From an uncultured Bacteroidota bacterium (GTDB taxonomy: Bacteria; Bacteroidota; Bacteroidia; Bacteroidales; WCHB1-69): a stretch of DNA of 64,000 nucleotides. The DNA is taken from the NCBI GenBank assembly GCA_902774175.1, contig CACYHG010000033.1, positions 6,885-70,884 on the forward strand, given 5' to 3'. The notes under the pieces were generated by a model. The model did not search any database. It saw nothing but the letters and a program-made list of their open reading frames with translations, and had not been told where the DNA came from. The position numbers and the translations under genes were made by a program. Positions 9,105-17,820 of the stretch are shown piece by piece; the stretch's first letter is position 1, and every line of letters starts with the position of its first letter.

Positions 9105-9713
9105 CTATTTTTTCCCCGAAAGCTTTACGGCCATTAAAACTGAATCCTTGGCGGAGCCTATGTAACTTTTACCATTGAAGTGGAATACATCCGTATAGAT
9201 GGAATCTTTCATGCCATATCGGAGCACAATGGCATCTGCATCTTCATACACAAACAGTTGCGGATTATCGAATGGGAGGTAATACCAATCAAGATCACAT
9301 ACCGTGTAATCTATTATGCCTTCCCTTTGATACAAGGATAATCCAAAATACGAATTGTCCCAACCGTGGTAACAGCTGCGCATCAGATAGCGGTTGTCAT
9401 TGATGCATTTGTAACGCTTTTCAAAAAGCTGCCATTGTGACCTGCCTGCAACAATGGCGTAAAACAACCAGATAACGCTTATGATACCATACAGACACCA
9501 GGCAACTGTCTTGCTTTTCCGATTCCATCGTCTGGCAAGCAGCAGCAACCAAAGAGCGACAGCTATGGTACCGGTCACAACAGCTGTCAAGTACAAACAT
9601 TCGTCCAGATGACATGTAAGGAAACCATCCCAGCAGGACAATGAATAGAACAACAAAAACACCACCCATAAAAACACACTGACAATGGTCAGAATTACCG
9701 CTGTTTTCTTCAT
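9105..9713 (-). CDS. Hypothetical membrane protein (three predicted TM helices plus a C-terminal soluble domain)
   Basis: Start trimmed to ATG 9713 (MKKTAVILTIVSVFLWVVFLLF...). The track ORF extends to 9839 through non-coding-looking sequence. It lies 4 nt upstream of the 8561..9100 gene. Confidence 0.5.
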   Translation of the reverse strand: MKKTAVILTIVSVFLWVVFLLFYSLSCWDGFLTCHLDECLYLTAVVTGTIAVALWLLLLARRWNRKSKTVAWCLYGIISVIWLFYAIVAGRSQWQLFEKRYKCINDNRYLMRSCYHGWDNSYFGLSLYQREGIIDYTVCDLDWYYLPFDNPQLFVYEDADAIVLRYGMKDSIYTDVFHFNGKSYIGSAKDSVLMAVKLSGKK

Positions 9714-9858
9714 ACAGATATACTTTTTGTTTTTTCGTGTATATCCAACGCCGTCCTTCCGCGGTTTATTGCCCGAAAGACGAAAAAAAAAGATGCCTGA
9801 TAGAGACTTGTCAGAAGTTCTGGTTGCACAATACCGCATTTCATCACATTGGGCAAAC

Positions 9859-10698
9859 TCACAAATCCAACAAATATTTCATTCCGAAACCTATCATCCA
9901 GTAATCTCCCTTGTACAATAATTTGTCTGTAAAACAGGCCTCCTTGTCCTGTGGGTTATTTGTTTCCTTGTTCACATGAAATGTCCTGTAATAGAGACTC
10001 GTTTCACCCATGTTGCGTAAACCGGAGCAATAACTTGCCATGAAATACATCTGCCAATGGCGACAAAATGTGTATGAAATGCCTATATTGCTTTCTGCCA
10101 AAATATTGAATTTGGCATCACTGAATGAGGATTCCAGATGGTAGGCCAACCAGTACCGGTCATCACCGATGTAATATTCCTCAAAATAGGCTGTGGTATC
10201 CTCGTCCAAAAACAGCATTCCAGCATCACCCTGATATACAGGAATGTCAAGCACCAGACCCAAACCGGCAAAGAGATTCCAGGAATCTCCAAGATAAAAG
10301 TTATAGTTTGCCCGTAAAGGAATCTGCAAGGATTTATAATACAAAATACCGGAAACTTGTGAATAGCGGTTGCCGGCACCCTTCATGGAATGGGGGAACC
10401 ATGGATTGTATTCCTTGTAGGCAAAACCTGTCTGCAAACTTATCCGGTTGGGGAATTCTATGGTGAAATTGAGTTCCATGGGTATGCCGGATTCATTGGT
10501 GACAGAAGGGGAAATGGCTGTGTAATAGTCCATCTGACGGGAGGATGCCTGCATGATGTCAAAGGTGACACCTGTGCGGAAACCTATGGAACATATTGGT
10601 TTAACCGGTTTGGCAAACTCGTTTTGCGCGGACAGATTTATTCCAAAACCCAATAATAAGACACCTAAAACCACCCAAAAGCATTTTTTGTTCATCAT
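9859..10698 (-). CDS. Outer-membrane beta-barrel-like protein with signal peptide
   Basis: 279 aa. MMNKKCFWVVLGVLLLGFGINLSAQ, with a Y/F/G-rich alternating pattern. Confidence 0.55.
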   Translation of the reverse strand: MMNKKCFWVVLGVLLLGFGINLSAQNEFAKPVKPICSIGFRTGVTFDIMQASSRQMDYYTAISPSVTNESGIPMELNFTIEFPNRISLQTGFAYKEYNPWFPHSMKGAGNRYSQVSGILYYKSLQIPLRANYNFYLGDSWNLFAGLGLVLDIPVYQGDAGMLFLDEDTTAYFEEYYIGDDRYWLAYHLESSFSDAKFNILAESNIGISYTFCRHWQMYFMASYCSGLRNMGETSLYYRTFHVNKETNNPQDKEACFTDKLLYKGDYWMIGFGMKYLLDL

Positions 10699-10882
10699 TG
10701 AATCTACTTTAAAAAATTAATACACCTTTATAACGCTGGATTGTGGGGAAAAGTGTATGTCCCGAAAAAAATTTTCCGTATGCAACAATATTTGGAAACA
10801 ATATGCGTTTGTCAGAAGTTATGGTTGTGGCCTGCCGCAGCCAAAAGATAATTAAGTGTTTTATTAAGAAAACTTTAGAAAC

Positions 10883-12139
10883 ATGACAGACATTTTTACA
10901 AGAATTAAGGGCATCCCCGGACCACTCGGGCAGTATCAGGAATTTGCGGACGGATATTACATGTTCCCGCAGCTGGTGGGCGAAATCGGCCCGAATATGG
11001 AATTCAACGGCAAAAAAGTGCTTTGCTGGAGTCTGAACAACTACCTCGGACTGGCCAACGACCCCGAAGTGCGCAAAGCTGACGCGGAAGCCGCAGCAAA
11101 ATACGGCATGGCCGCCCCGATGGGCGCCCGCATGATGTCCGGCGACACAAAATACCACCACGAACTGGAGGACAAGCTGGCCGCCTTCGTCGGCAAACCG
11201 GCCGCATTCCTGGTGAACTACGGCTACCAGGCCATGATCTCCACCATTGACTGCCTGTTGGACCGCCGCGACGTGGTTGTCTTCGACATTGAATCCCACG
11301 CCTGCATCTACGACGGCATCCGCCTGCACATGGGACGCCGCTTCTCATACCGTCACAACGACATGTCGCACCTGCGCGAAGTGCTGGGACGCGCCACCAA
11401 ATTCGCCGAGGAGAGCGGCGGCGGCATCCTGGTCATCACCGAAGGTGTGTTCGGAATGTCGGGCGAACTTGGCAAACTGGACGAGATTGTTGCCATGAAG
11501 AAGGACTTCGACTTCCGCCTGCTCATCGACGATGCGCACGGCTTCGGCACCATGGGCAAGAACGGCACCGGCACCGCCGAACATTTCGGCGTTGAGGATG
11601 GCATCGACGTGCATTTCGCCGCCTTCGCCAAGAGCATGGCCGGTATCGGCGGCTTCGTCGCCTCCGAAAAGGCAATTGTGGATCACCTGCGCTTCAACAT
11701 GCGCTCCCAGACCTACGCAAAATCGCTCCCGATGCCGATGGTCATGGGTGCACTCAAGAGGCTGGAGCTGATACAGACCCGTCCGGAGCTGCGCGAAAAA
11801 CTCTGGACCATCACCAATGCGCTGAAGAAAGGGTTGCGTGAGAACGGCTTCAACATCGGCAACACCGAGGCCAATGTGACACCGGTCTTCCTGAACGGCA
11901 CCGTCGCACAGGCCACACAGATTGTGGTCGATATGCGTGAGAACTACGGCATATTCTGCTCCATGGTCCTCTATCCCGTGGTACCGAAAGGCACCATCGA
12001 GCTGCGCCTGATCCCGACCGCCGCACACACCCTGGAGGATGTGGAGCGCACCATCAACGTGTTCAAGGAGGTCCGCGCAAAGCTGGACCGCGGCGAATAC
12101 AGCGAAACCGAAATCAACAACCAGCGCATCAATTTCTAA
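10883..12139 (+). CDS. Alpha-oxoamine synthase family PLP enzyme; candidate cysteate-C-fatty acyltransferase (CapB/SulA type) or serine palmitoyltransferase
   Basis: 418 aa. NNYLGLANDPEV, DDAHGFG and a FAKSMAGIGGF lysine motif, as in the AONS/SPT/Kbl family. A cysteate-synthase-like gene starts 3 nt downstream. Confidence 0.8.
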   Translation: MTDIFTRIKGIPGPLGQYQEFADGYYMFPQLVGEIGPNMEFNGKKVLCWSLNNYLGLANDPEVRKADAEAAAKYGMAAPMGARMMSGDTKYHHELEDKLAAFVGKPAAFLVNYGYQAMISTIDCLLDRRDVVVFDIESHACIYDGIRLHMGRRFSYRHNDMSHLREVLGRATKFAEESGGGILVITEGVFGMSGELGKLDEIVAMKKDFDFRLLIDDAHGFGTMGKNGTGTAEHFGVEDGIDVHFAAFAKSMAGIGGFVASEKAIVDHLRFNMRSQTYAKSLPMPMVMGALKRLELIQTRPELREKLWTITNALKKGLRENGFNIGNTEANVTPVFLNGTVAQATQIVVDMRENYGIFCSMVLYPVVPKGTIELRLIPTAAHTLEDVERTINVFKEVRAKLDRGEYSETEINNQRINF

Positions 12140-12142
12140 GCC

Positions 12143-13465
12143 ATGGCCGAACAGAAGAAATACCGGCTCCGCTGCACGGAATGCGGAGCCGTCATCACCG
12201 ATTTCAAGGCATGGTTCGAACACGGGCAGAGCTGCCCGGAATGCCATTGCAAACAGGCGGAAATCGAATACACCGCCGATTACGCAAAACTGCCGGAACT
12301 GTTTAAGGGCAAGCCGGAGAGCTTCTGGCACTACTTCGATTTCCTGCCGCTTATGGACAGGGAAAACATCGTCAGCTGCGGCGAGGGGGCGATCCCCCTG
12401 GAACGCTGGGAGTTCCTGGAGCGGTTCGCGAACGACAACGGCATCAGTGACTGCAAGATATATGTGTATCGGAACGACCTGAACGGCGGCACAAACACCT
12501 TTAAGGACATCGCCGCCTCAATGGCCGCCAGCATATTCAAGGAGAACGGGGTGAAGCGCTACTGCATCGCCTCCACAGGCAACACGGCCACCGCCTATGG
12601 CAAATACCTCGCCATGGCCGGCATCAGCGCCGCCATCTTCATGCCGGACAACGCAGTCCCCTCCTCCATCGCGGAGATTGCCTCCTACGGGCAGAAGGTC
12701 TACCACGTTTCCGGAGACTACAGCGATGCGAAAGCCGTGGCCGCCGCATACGCGCAAAAGTACGGCATCCCCACCTCGGCGGGCAACATCGACCCCATAC
12801 GTGTGGAATCGAAGCGGACCATGGTGTTCGAATGGCTGCGGCAGCTGGGCACCATGCCGGATGTGTATGTGCAGGCGGTCAGCGGAGGAACCGGCCCGCT
12901 GGCATTGGACAAGGCCTACCGCGAGCTGGAGCCGCACATGCCCGGACTCACCTACCCGCGCCCCATCCTGATCCAGACCGACAAATGCGACCCGATGGTG
13001 CAGGGCTGGGAAAAGGCTGTGAAAAACGGCTTCCCGGAGGGTTTCGAAAAGGACTACCCTGTCATCAAGAACCCGCAGACGATGGTTTCCATCCTCGGCA
13101 CCGGCAACCCAGGCACCTATCCGAAAATCGCCAGAATCATGAAGCAGCGCAACGGCAATTTCCTCCGCGTGAAGGAGGACTGCCTTGCTGACGTAGCGCG
13201 GATAGTCGCATTCGAGCGCAAGACCCACGTCGGCCCCGCCTCCGCGGTCTGCATCGCAGGGCTGATGAAAGCCGTCATGCAACATGAGATCAAAAACGGA
13301 CAGACAGTGCTTGTAAACATGGGCGAGGGCATCAAGCGCGCACCGTGGTTCCTGGACATGCTCGGCCACCACATTTCGGAAGTGCGTTCCGTGGAGGAAT
13401 GCCATGTGCCAGAACTTGGCGAGACAAGGGAGGAACTCTGTAAAGCGTTGGACAAAAACATCTGA
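12143..13465 (+). CDS. Threonine-synthase-fold PLP enzyme with N-terminal Cys4 zinc ribbon; candidate cysteate synthase (CapA type)
   Basis: 440 aa. CTECG...CPEC ribbon, an FKD PLP-lysine motif and a STGNTA motif. Confidence 0.65.
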   Translation: MAEQKKYRLRCTECGAVITDFKAWFEHGQSCPECHCKQAEIEYTADYAKLPELFKGKPESFWHYFDFLPLMDRENIVSCGEGAIPLERWEFLERFANDNGISDCKIYVYRNDLNGGTNTFKDIAASMAASIFKENGVKRYCIASTGNTATAYGKYLAMAGISAAIFMPDNAVPSSIAEIASYGQKVYHVSGDYSDAKAVAAAYAQKYGIPTSAGNIDPIRVESKRTMVFEWLRQLGTMPDVYVQAVSGGTGPLALDKAYRELEPHMPGLTYPRPILIQTDKCDPMVQGWEKAVKNGFPEGFEKDYPVIKNPQTMVSILGTGNPGTYPKIARIMKQRNGNFLRVKEDCLADVARIVAFERKTHVGPASAVCIAGLMKAVMQHEIKNGQTVLVNMGEGIKRAPWFLDMLGHHISEVRSVEECHVPELGETREELCKALDKNI

Positions 13466-13471
13466 ACGTAT

Positions 13472-15577
13472 ATGAACAAGAAACTCTCACACCTGTTTTT
13501 TGCAATACTGGCATGCTGTTCGTGGATCGGAGTGTCGGCGCAGGCCATACCGGAGCATGATGCGTTGGAGACAGCCGCACGCTTCCTGGGTGCTCAAACC
13601 GGCCTGCACGTGCAGAAATCGGCTCTGAGCTGCGCCTACACCGAACAGGATGCCGATGCGCCGCTGTTCTATGTCTTCAACGGGGAGAACGCCTTCGTGG
13701 TGGTCTCTGCAGAGCAGAAGACAAAGGCCGTCCTGGCCTACTCAACCAGCCAGAACTTCGACCGCGACAGCATCGCCCCGGCCATGAAAATGTGGCTGGA
13801 CGCATATCGCCGCCAGATCCAGGCAGCCCGCCTGTCGGAACAGTCCTGCCTACAAACCTTGGACGAGGATTCAATACGCATTGTGGAAGAGACGGCGCCA
13901 TTGACCGAAAGCCATTGGGGACAGGGAATCCAATACAATTATTACTGCCCCAAAGACGACAATGGTCGTAACGAACGCTGCGTGACCGGCTGCGTGGCCA
14001 CCGCCATGGCCCAGCTGATGTACTACTTCCGCTGGCCCGAAAGCGGCACCGGCAGCTACCGCTACACCCACGACACATACGGGGAGCTTTCAGCAGACTT
14101 CAGTAGCAGCCGCTACGAATACCACAAGATGTGCGACCGTCCGGTTCACATCAACGGTGCCATCTCCCAACTGTGCCATCACAGCGGCGTGGCGGTGGAC
14201 ATGGTGTACGGTCCCAACTCCTCCGGCATGTACAACCACAAGGCCGCCTATGCAATGCGCACATACTTCAAGTATTCACCGGAAACCAAATACATTTTCA
14301 GGGACAGCAACGGCATGGCGCACGACAGCCTGCACCCCACCCCCTACCCGCTTGACTGGGACAGCGTGGTCGTCGCCCACCTGAAACGGCGTATTCCGGT
14401 CTATTACGCCGGCTGGAGCAAGCCCTGGACGGACGGACACGGATTTGTATGCGACGGTTACCAGAAATTCAGCGACGGCCGCTGCTACTTCCACTTCAAT
14501 TTCGGCTGGGATGGTCAGGCTGACGGCTATTTCCTTACCGGAAGCCTCAATCCGGGCACATACAATTTCAACCTTGCCCAAGAGGTCATCATCAACGCGG
14601 TGCCGGATACGCAGAGCTATGCCTATCCTCCATTGCAACCTGCCCGGGGAGAATGCACGCTGACCCACCGCACAGGCTCCTTTGAAAAAGGCGAAACAGG
14701 CATTGCATCCTGCACTCCCGGAGTGGACTACACATGGCACATCCGTCCCGACTTGGACAGCATTTCGCAGCTGAATGTGCAGCTGCACGTGCAGCTTATG
14801 GCAGGCGACACCCTGCGGATCAGCTCCACAGACAAGGGTTTCAGCGGAATAACGCTTACCGCCACCGATACCGCACTGCAAATCTCACCGAAGATCAATG
14901 TAATGGACATCCGACTGACCACCGCAACGGACAGCCGCAGCCTTGGTGTACACGGATGCTACGAGGCCGTATATCCGGAATTTTGCACCACAACCCGCCC
15001 GCACACAAAAGCCACCGCCACGTTGGATGACGGCAGTGGTGATTTGGACTACAACAGCAACACCTGCTGCCGGACAATAATCAATCTGAAGGGCTATGCC
15101 GGCATGAACCTGAAGTTCCACTACCTGGAAACGGAAAAGGAGCGGGATGTGCTCCATTTCTACGACTACAACGACAGCAACCGGCTGCTGCTGGAACTTT
15201 CCGGCCGGCTGGACAACGATTCAGTTTTCTTCCTGCGCTCCAACTTCGTGATTGTAGAGTTTGTCAGCGATGACAGCATTACTGACAAAGGCTGGAGCTT
15301 CACCTACACCGCATCAAGAACCGGCATCGTCGAGACTTCTACTGAAATGATGCGAATCTGGCCGAACCCTGCACAAACAGAACTGCATATTGAAAACATT
15401 TCCGGTGCACCCATCGGAGAAATCCGTCTGACCGACCTGACCGGCAGGCTGCTGCAACGCCGGGCGGCTGAAAGCGGGCAATGCACCATCAACGTGTCGG
15501 AGCTGCCTAAAGGGCTCTACCTGCTGCACATCCGCAATGAACAGGGCAGCCAAGTGCACAAATTTGTCAGGGAATAG
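13472..15577 (+). CDS. C10 (streptopain/SpeB-like) cysteine peptidase with two CUB-like domains and a T9SS C-terminal sorting domain
   Basis: 701 aa with a signal peptide. Catalytic Cys context VTGCVATAMAQLMYYF, His context GHGFVCDGY, and FHFNFGWDG. The C-terminus (IWPNPAQTELHI...LPKGLYLLHIRNEQGSQVHKFVRE) is typical of a Por/T9SS type A CTD. Confidence 0.85.
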   Translation: MNKKLSHLFFAILACCSWIGVSAQAIPEHDALETAARFLGAQTGLHVQKSALSCAYTEQDADAPLFYVFNGENAFVVVSAEQKTKAVLAYSTSQNFDRDSIAPAMKMWLDAYRRQIQAARLSEQSCLQTLDEDSIRIVEETAPLTESHWGQGIQYNYYCPKDDNGRNERCVTGCVATAMAQLMYYFRWPESGTGSYRYTHDTYGELSADFSSSRYEYHKMCDRPVHINGAISQLCHHSGVAVDMVYGPNSSGMYNHKAAYAMRTYFKYSPETKYIFRDSNGMAHDSLHPTPYPLDWDSVVVAHLKRRIPVYYAGWSKPWTDGHGFVCDGYQKFSDGRCYFHFNFGWDGQADGYFLTGSLNPGTYNFNLAQEVIINAVPDTQSYAYPPLQPARGECTLTHRTGSFEKGETGIASCTPGVDYTWHIRPDLDSISQLNVQLHVQLMAGDTLRISSTDKGFSGITLTATDTALQISPKINVMDIRLTTATDSRSLGVHGCYEAVYPEFCTTTRPHTKATATLDDGSGDLDYNSNTCCRTIINLKGYAGMNLKFHYLETEKERDVLHFYDYNDSNRLLLELSGRLDNDSVFFLRSNFVIVEFVSDDSITDKGWSFTYTASRTGIVETSTEMMRIWPNPAQTELHIENISGAPIGEIRLTDLTGRLLQRRAAESGQCTINVSELPKGLYLLHIRNEQGSQVHKFVRE

Positions 15578-15579
15578 CC

Positions 15580-16122
15580 ATGAGACTGCTGGACTTTGTA
15601 TTGCTGGCCGGCATGGCCTGGTATGCCTTCAAGGGGTTCCGCAAGGGCTTTTCCGGCGAACTCTTCTCGCTGCTGGCACTGCTGGTCGGCGGATGGTGCG
15701 CCATACCCGCCTCGCCATTGGTGCAGCGGCTTATCGTCCCATATACCGAAACCCGCTACCTGATAAGCCTTGTGGTTTCGTTCGTGGCATGCATCGCGGC
15801 GGTCTTCCTTTTGGGAAGGCTATTCAAGTTCGGCCTGAACTTCATCGTGCCTCCCGTGGTGGACAAGATTGCGGGCGGACTGTTCGGAGCCTTCAAGGTG
15901 ATGTTCTGCGCCGGAATACTGTTCTACTGCATAAATTCCGCAGACAAAAACGGGCAGATCCTGAAGTCGGAGAAGAAACAGGAGAGCCTGATGTACACCC
16001 CGTGCGCCAAAACCGCCGAATTCCTGCTGCCAAAGCTGGCCGACTTCAAAAGCAAGCTGGAAGAGAACGAACAATGGAAAAAACTGGGAGAACAAAACAA
16101 GGAACTGATTAAACGACATTGA
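15580..16122 (+). CDS. cvpA: CvpA family membrane protein
   Basis: 180 aa. Four hydrophobic helices with a CvpA-like N-terminus (LDFVLLAGMAWYAFKGFRKGF). Confidence 0.7.
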   Translation: MRLLDFVLLAGMAWYAFKGFRKGFSGELFSLLALLVGGWCAIPASPLVQRLIVPYTETRYLISLVVSFVACIAAVFLLGRLFKFGLNFIVPPVVDKIAGGLFGAFKVMFCAGILFYCINSADKNGQILKSEKKQESLMYTPCAKTAEFLLPKLADFKSKLEENEQWKKLGEQNKELIKRH

Positions 16123-16124
16123 AC

Positions 16125-17057
16125 ATGAACCAGAAGACCATACTATCCCCCGTCTCATTCAAAGGTGTCGGGCTGCATACCGGCAAGGAGCTGCAGGTGA
16201 CGCTGCTGCCTGCAACGGAAAACAGCGGCATCCGGTTCCGCCGCACCGACCTAAATCCGGCGGTTGAGATTCCCGCGCTGTACAGCCATATCGGCGACAC
16301 CGCCCGAAGCACCTCCGTCCGGGACCCTGAGACAGGCGCCGCAGTCGGCACCATCGAACATCTGATGGCGGCACTCGCCGCCCTCGGCATCACCAACCTC
16401 ACCGTCGAAACCGACGGAGAGGAGTTCCCCATACTGGACGGATGCTCAAAAATGCTTATCGGATACCTGCGGCAGGCCGGAATCAGGGAGCAGACCGCCC
16501 CGCGGAAAAAACTTGTTCTGACAGAGCCGCTGCACTACCGGCACGAAAACGGGGCCGAACTTCACGCCTACCCTTCCGACCGGTTCGAACTGGAGGTTAC
16601 GGTTGACTACCACACCCGCGTGCTTGGCGAACAAAAGGCGGCACTGCACTCCATTGATGAGGTGGAAAGGGAATTCGCCGGATGCCGCACCTTCTGCTTC
16701 CTGCATGAGATTTGGCCTCTGATACAGCACAACCTGGCGCGTGGCGGAAGCCTCGACAACGCCATCGTATATGTAGAGCGGCAGCCTGCGGAGGAGGAGC
16801 TGCGGAAAATTGCGGAATTCTTCCATGCCGAAGATATCCGCGTGGACCCGCAGGAGGGTATTCTGAGCAACACGCGTCTGCAGTTCGGCAACGAGGCGGC
16901 TCGGCACAAGCTGCTGGACCTGCTTGGCGACCTGCAGTTGGCCGGTGTGGAGCTTCAGGCTCGCATTACCGCCTGCTCTCCCGGACATGCGGCCAACACC
17001 GGCATGGTCAAGGAGATCGCCCGATGGATGCAACAACATCCGGAACAGTTGGTTTAA
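16125..17057 (+). CDS. lpxC: UDP-3-O-acyl-N-acetylglucosamine deacetylase (stand-alone, no FabZ fusion)
   Basis: FKGVGLHTGK, TIEHLMAALAALGI and ILDGS-like (ILDGCS) motifs. The track start at 16119 is TTG, so I prefer ATG 16125, 3 nt after the cvpA stop. Confidence 0.85.
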   Translation: MNQKTILSPVSFKGVGLHTGKELQVTLLPATENSGIRFRRTDLNPAVEIPALYSHIGDTARSTSVRDPETGAAVGTIEHLMAALAALGITNLTVETDGEEFPILDGCSKMLIGYLRQAGIREQTAPRKKLVLTEPLHYRHENGAELHAYPSDRFELEVTVDYHTRVLGEQKAALHSIDEVEREFAGCRTFCFLHEIWPLIQHNLARGGSLDNAIVYVERQPAEEELRKIAEFFHAEDIRVDPQEGILSNTRLQFGNEAARHKLLDLLGDLQLAGVELQARITACSPGHAANTGMVKEIARWMQQHPEQLV

Positions 17058-17078
17058 TGGATAATAAAATCTGAAAAA

Positions 17079-17801
17079 ATGTCTGTTTCTGTCAAAAACA
17101 TCAGCAAAATCTACGACACGCAGAAGGCGTTGGACAACGTCTCGTTTGAAATCAAAACCGGGGAGATTGTGGGGCTGCTCGGACCGAACGGTGCCGGCAA
17201 GTCCACTCTGATGAAAATAATCACATGCTACAAGCATCCCACATCCGGAAGCTGCAGCGTATGCGGACATGATGTGCTGGAGGATCCAATAGCCGTCAAA
17301 AAATGCATCGGATACCTGCCGGAGAACAACCCGCTCTACACCGACATGTATGTGCGTGAGAGCCTCGACTGGGTGGCATCCGTATATAAGATGGACAACC
17401 GCAAACAGCGGGTGGAACGGATGATTGAAATCACAGGACTTGGCCGCGAACAGCACAAGAAAATATCAGCGCTCTCCAAAGGTTACCGGCAGAGGGTCGG
17501 TCTGGCGCACGCACTCATACACGAGCCGAAGGTGCTTATTCTGGACGAGCCCACATCAGGACTTGATCCGAACCAGCTTCTGGAGATACGTCAGCTGATA
17601 CGTGACATGGCCGAAACCTCCACGGTTCTGCTCTCAACCCACATAATGCAGGAGGTGGAGGCGATGTGCCAGCGCGTCATCATAATTGACCGCGGCCGCA
17701 TCAAGGCGGACGACACGCTTGCGAACCTGAAGAGACGCGCCCCGCATCAGGATGCGCACACCAGCAGTCTGGAGGAGATTTTCCATCAGCTGACACAATA
17801 A
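17079..17801 (+). CDS. ABC transporter ATP-binding protein (GldA-like); no permease gene adjacent
   Basis: 240 aa. Walker A GPNGAGKST, signature LSKGYRQR, Walker B LILDEP. Confidence 0.85.
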   Translation: MSVSVKNISKIYDTQKALDNVSFEIKTGEIVGLLGPNGAGKSTLMKIITCYKHPTSGSCSVCGHDVLEDPIAVKKCIGYLPENNPLYTDMYVRESLDWVASVYKMDNRKQRVERMIEITGLGREQHKKISALSKGYRQRVGLAHALIHEPKVLILDEPTSGLDPNQLLEIRQLIRDMAETSTVLLSTHIMQEVEAMCQRVIIIDRGRIKADDTLANLKRRAPHQDAHTSSLEEIFHQLTQ

Positions 17802-17820
17802 ACAAATATCAGAAAAGACC

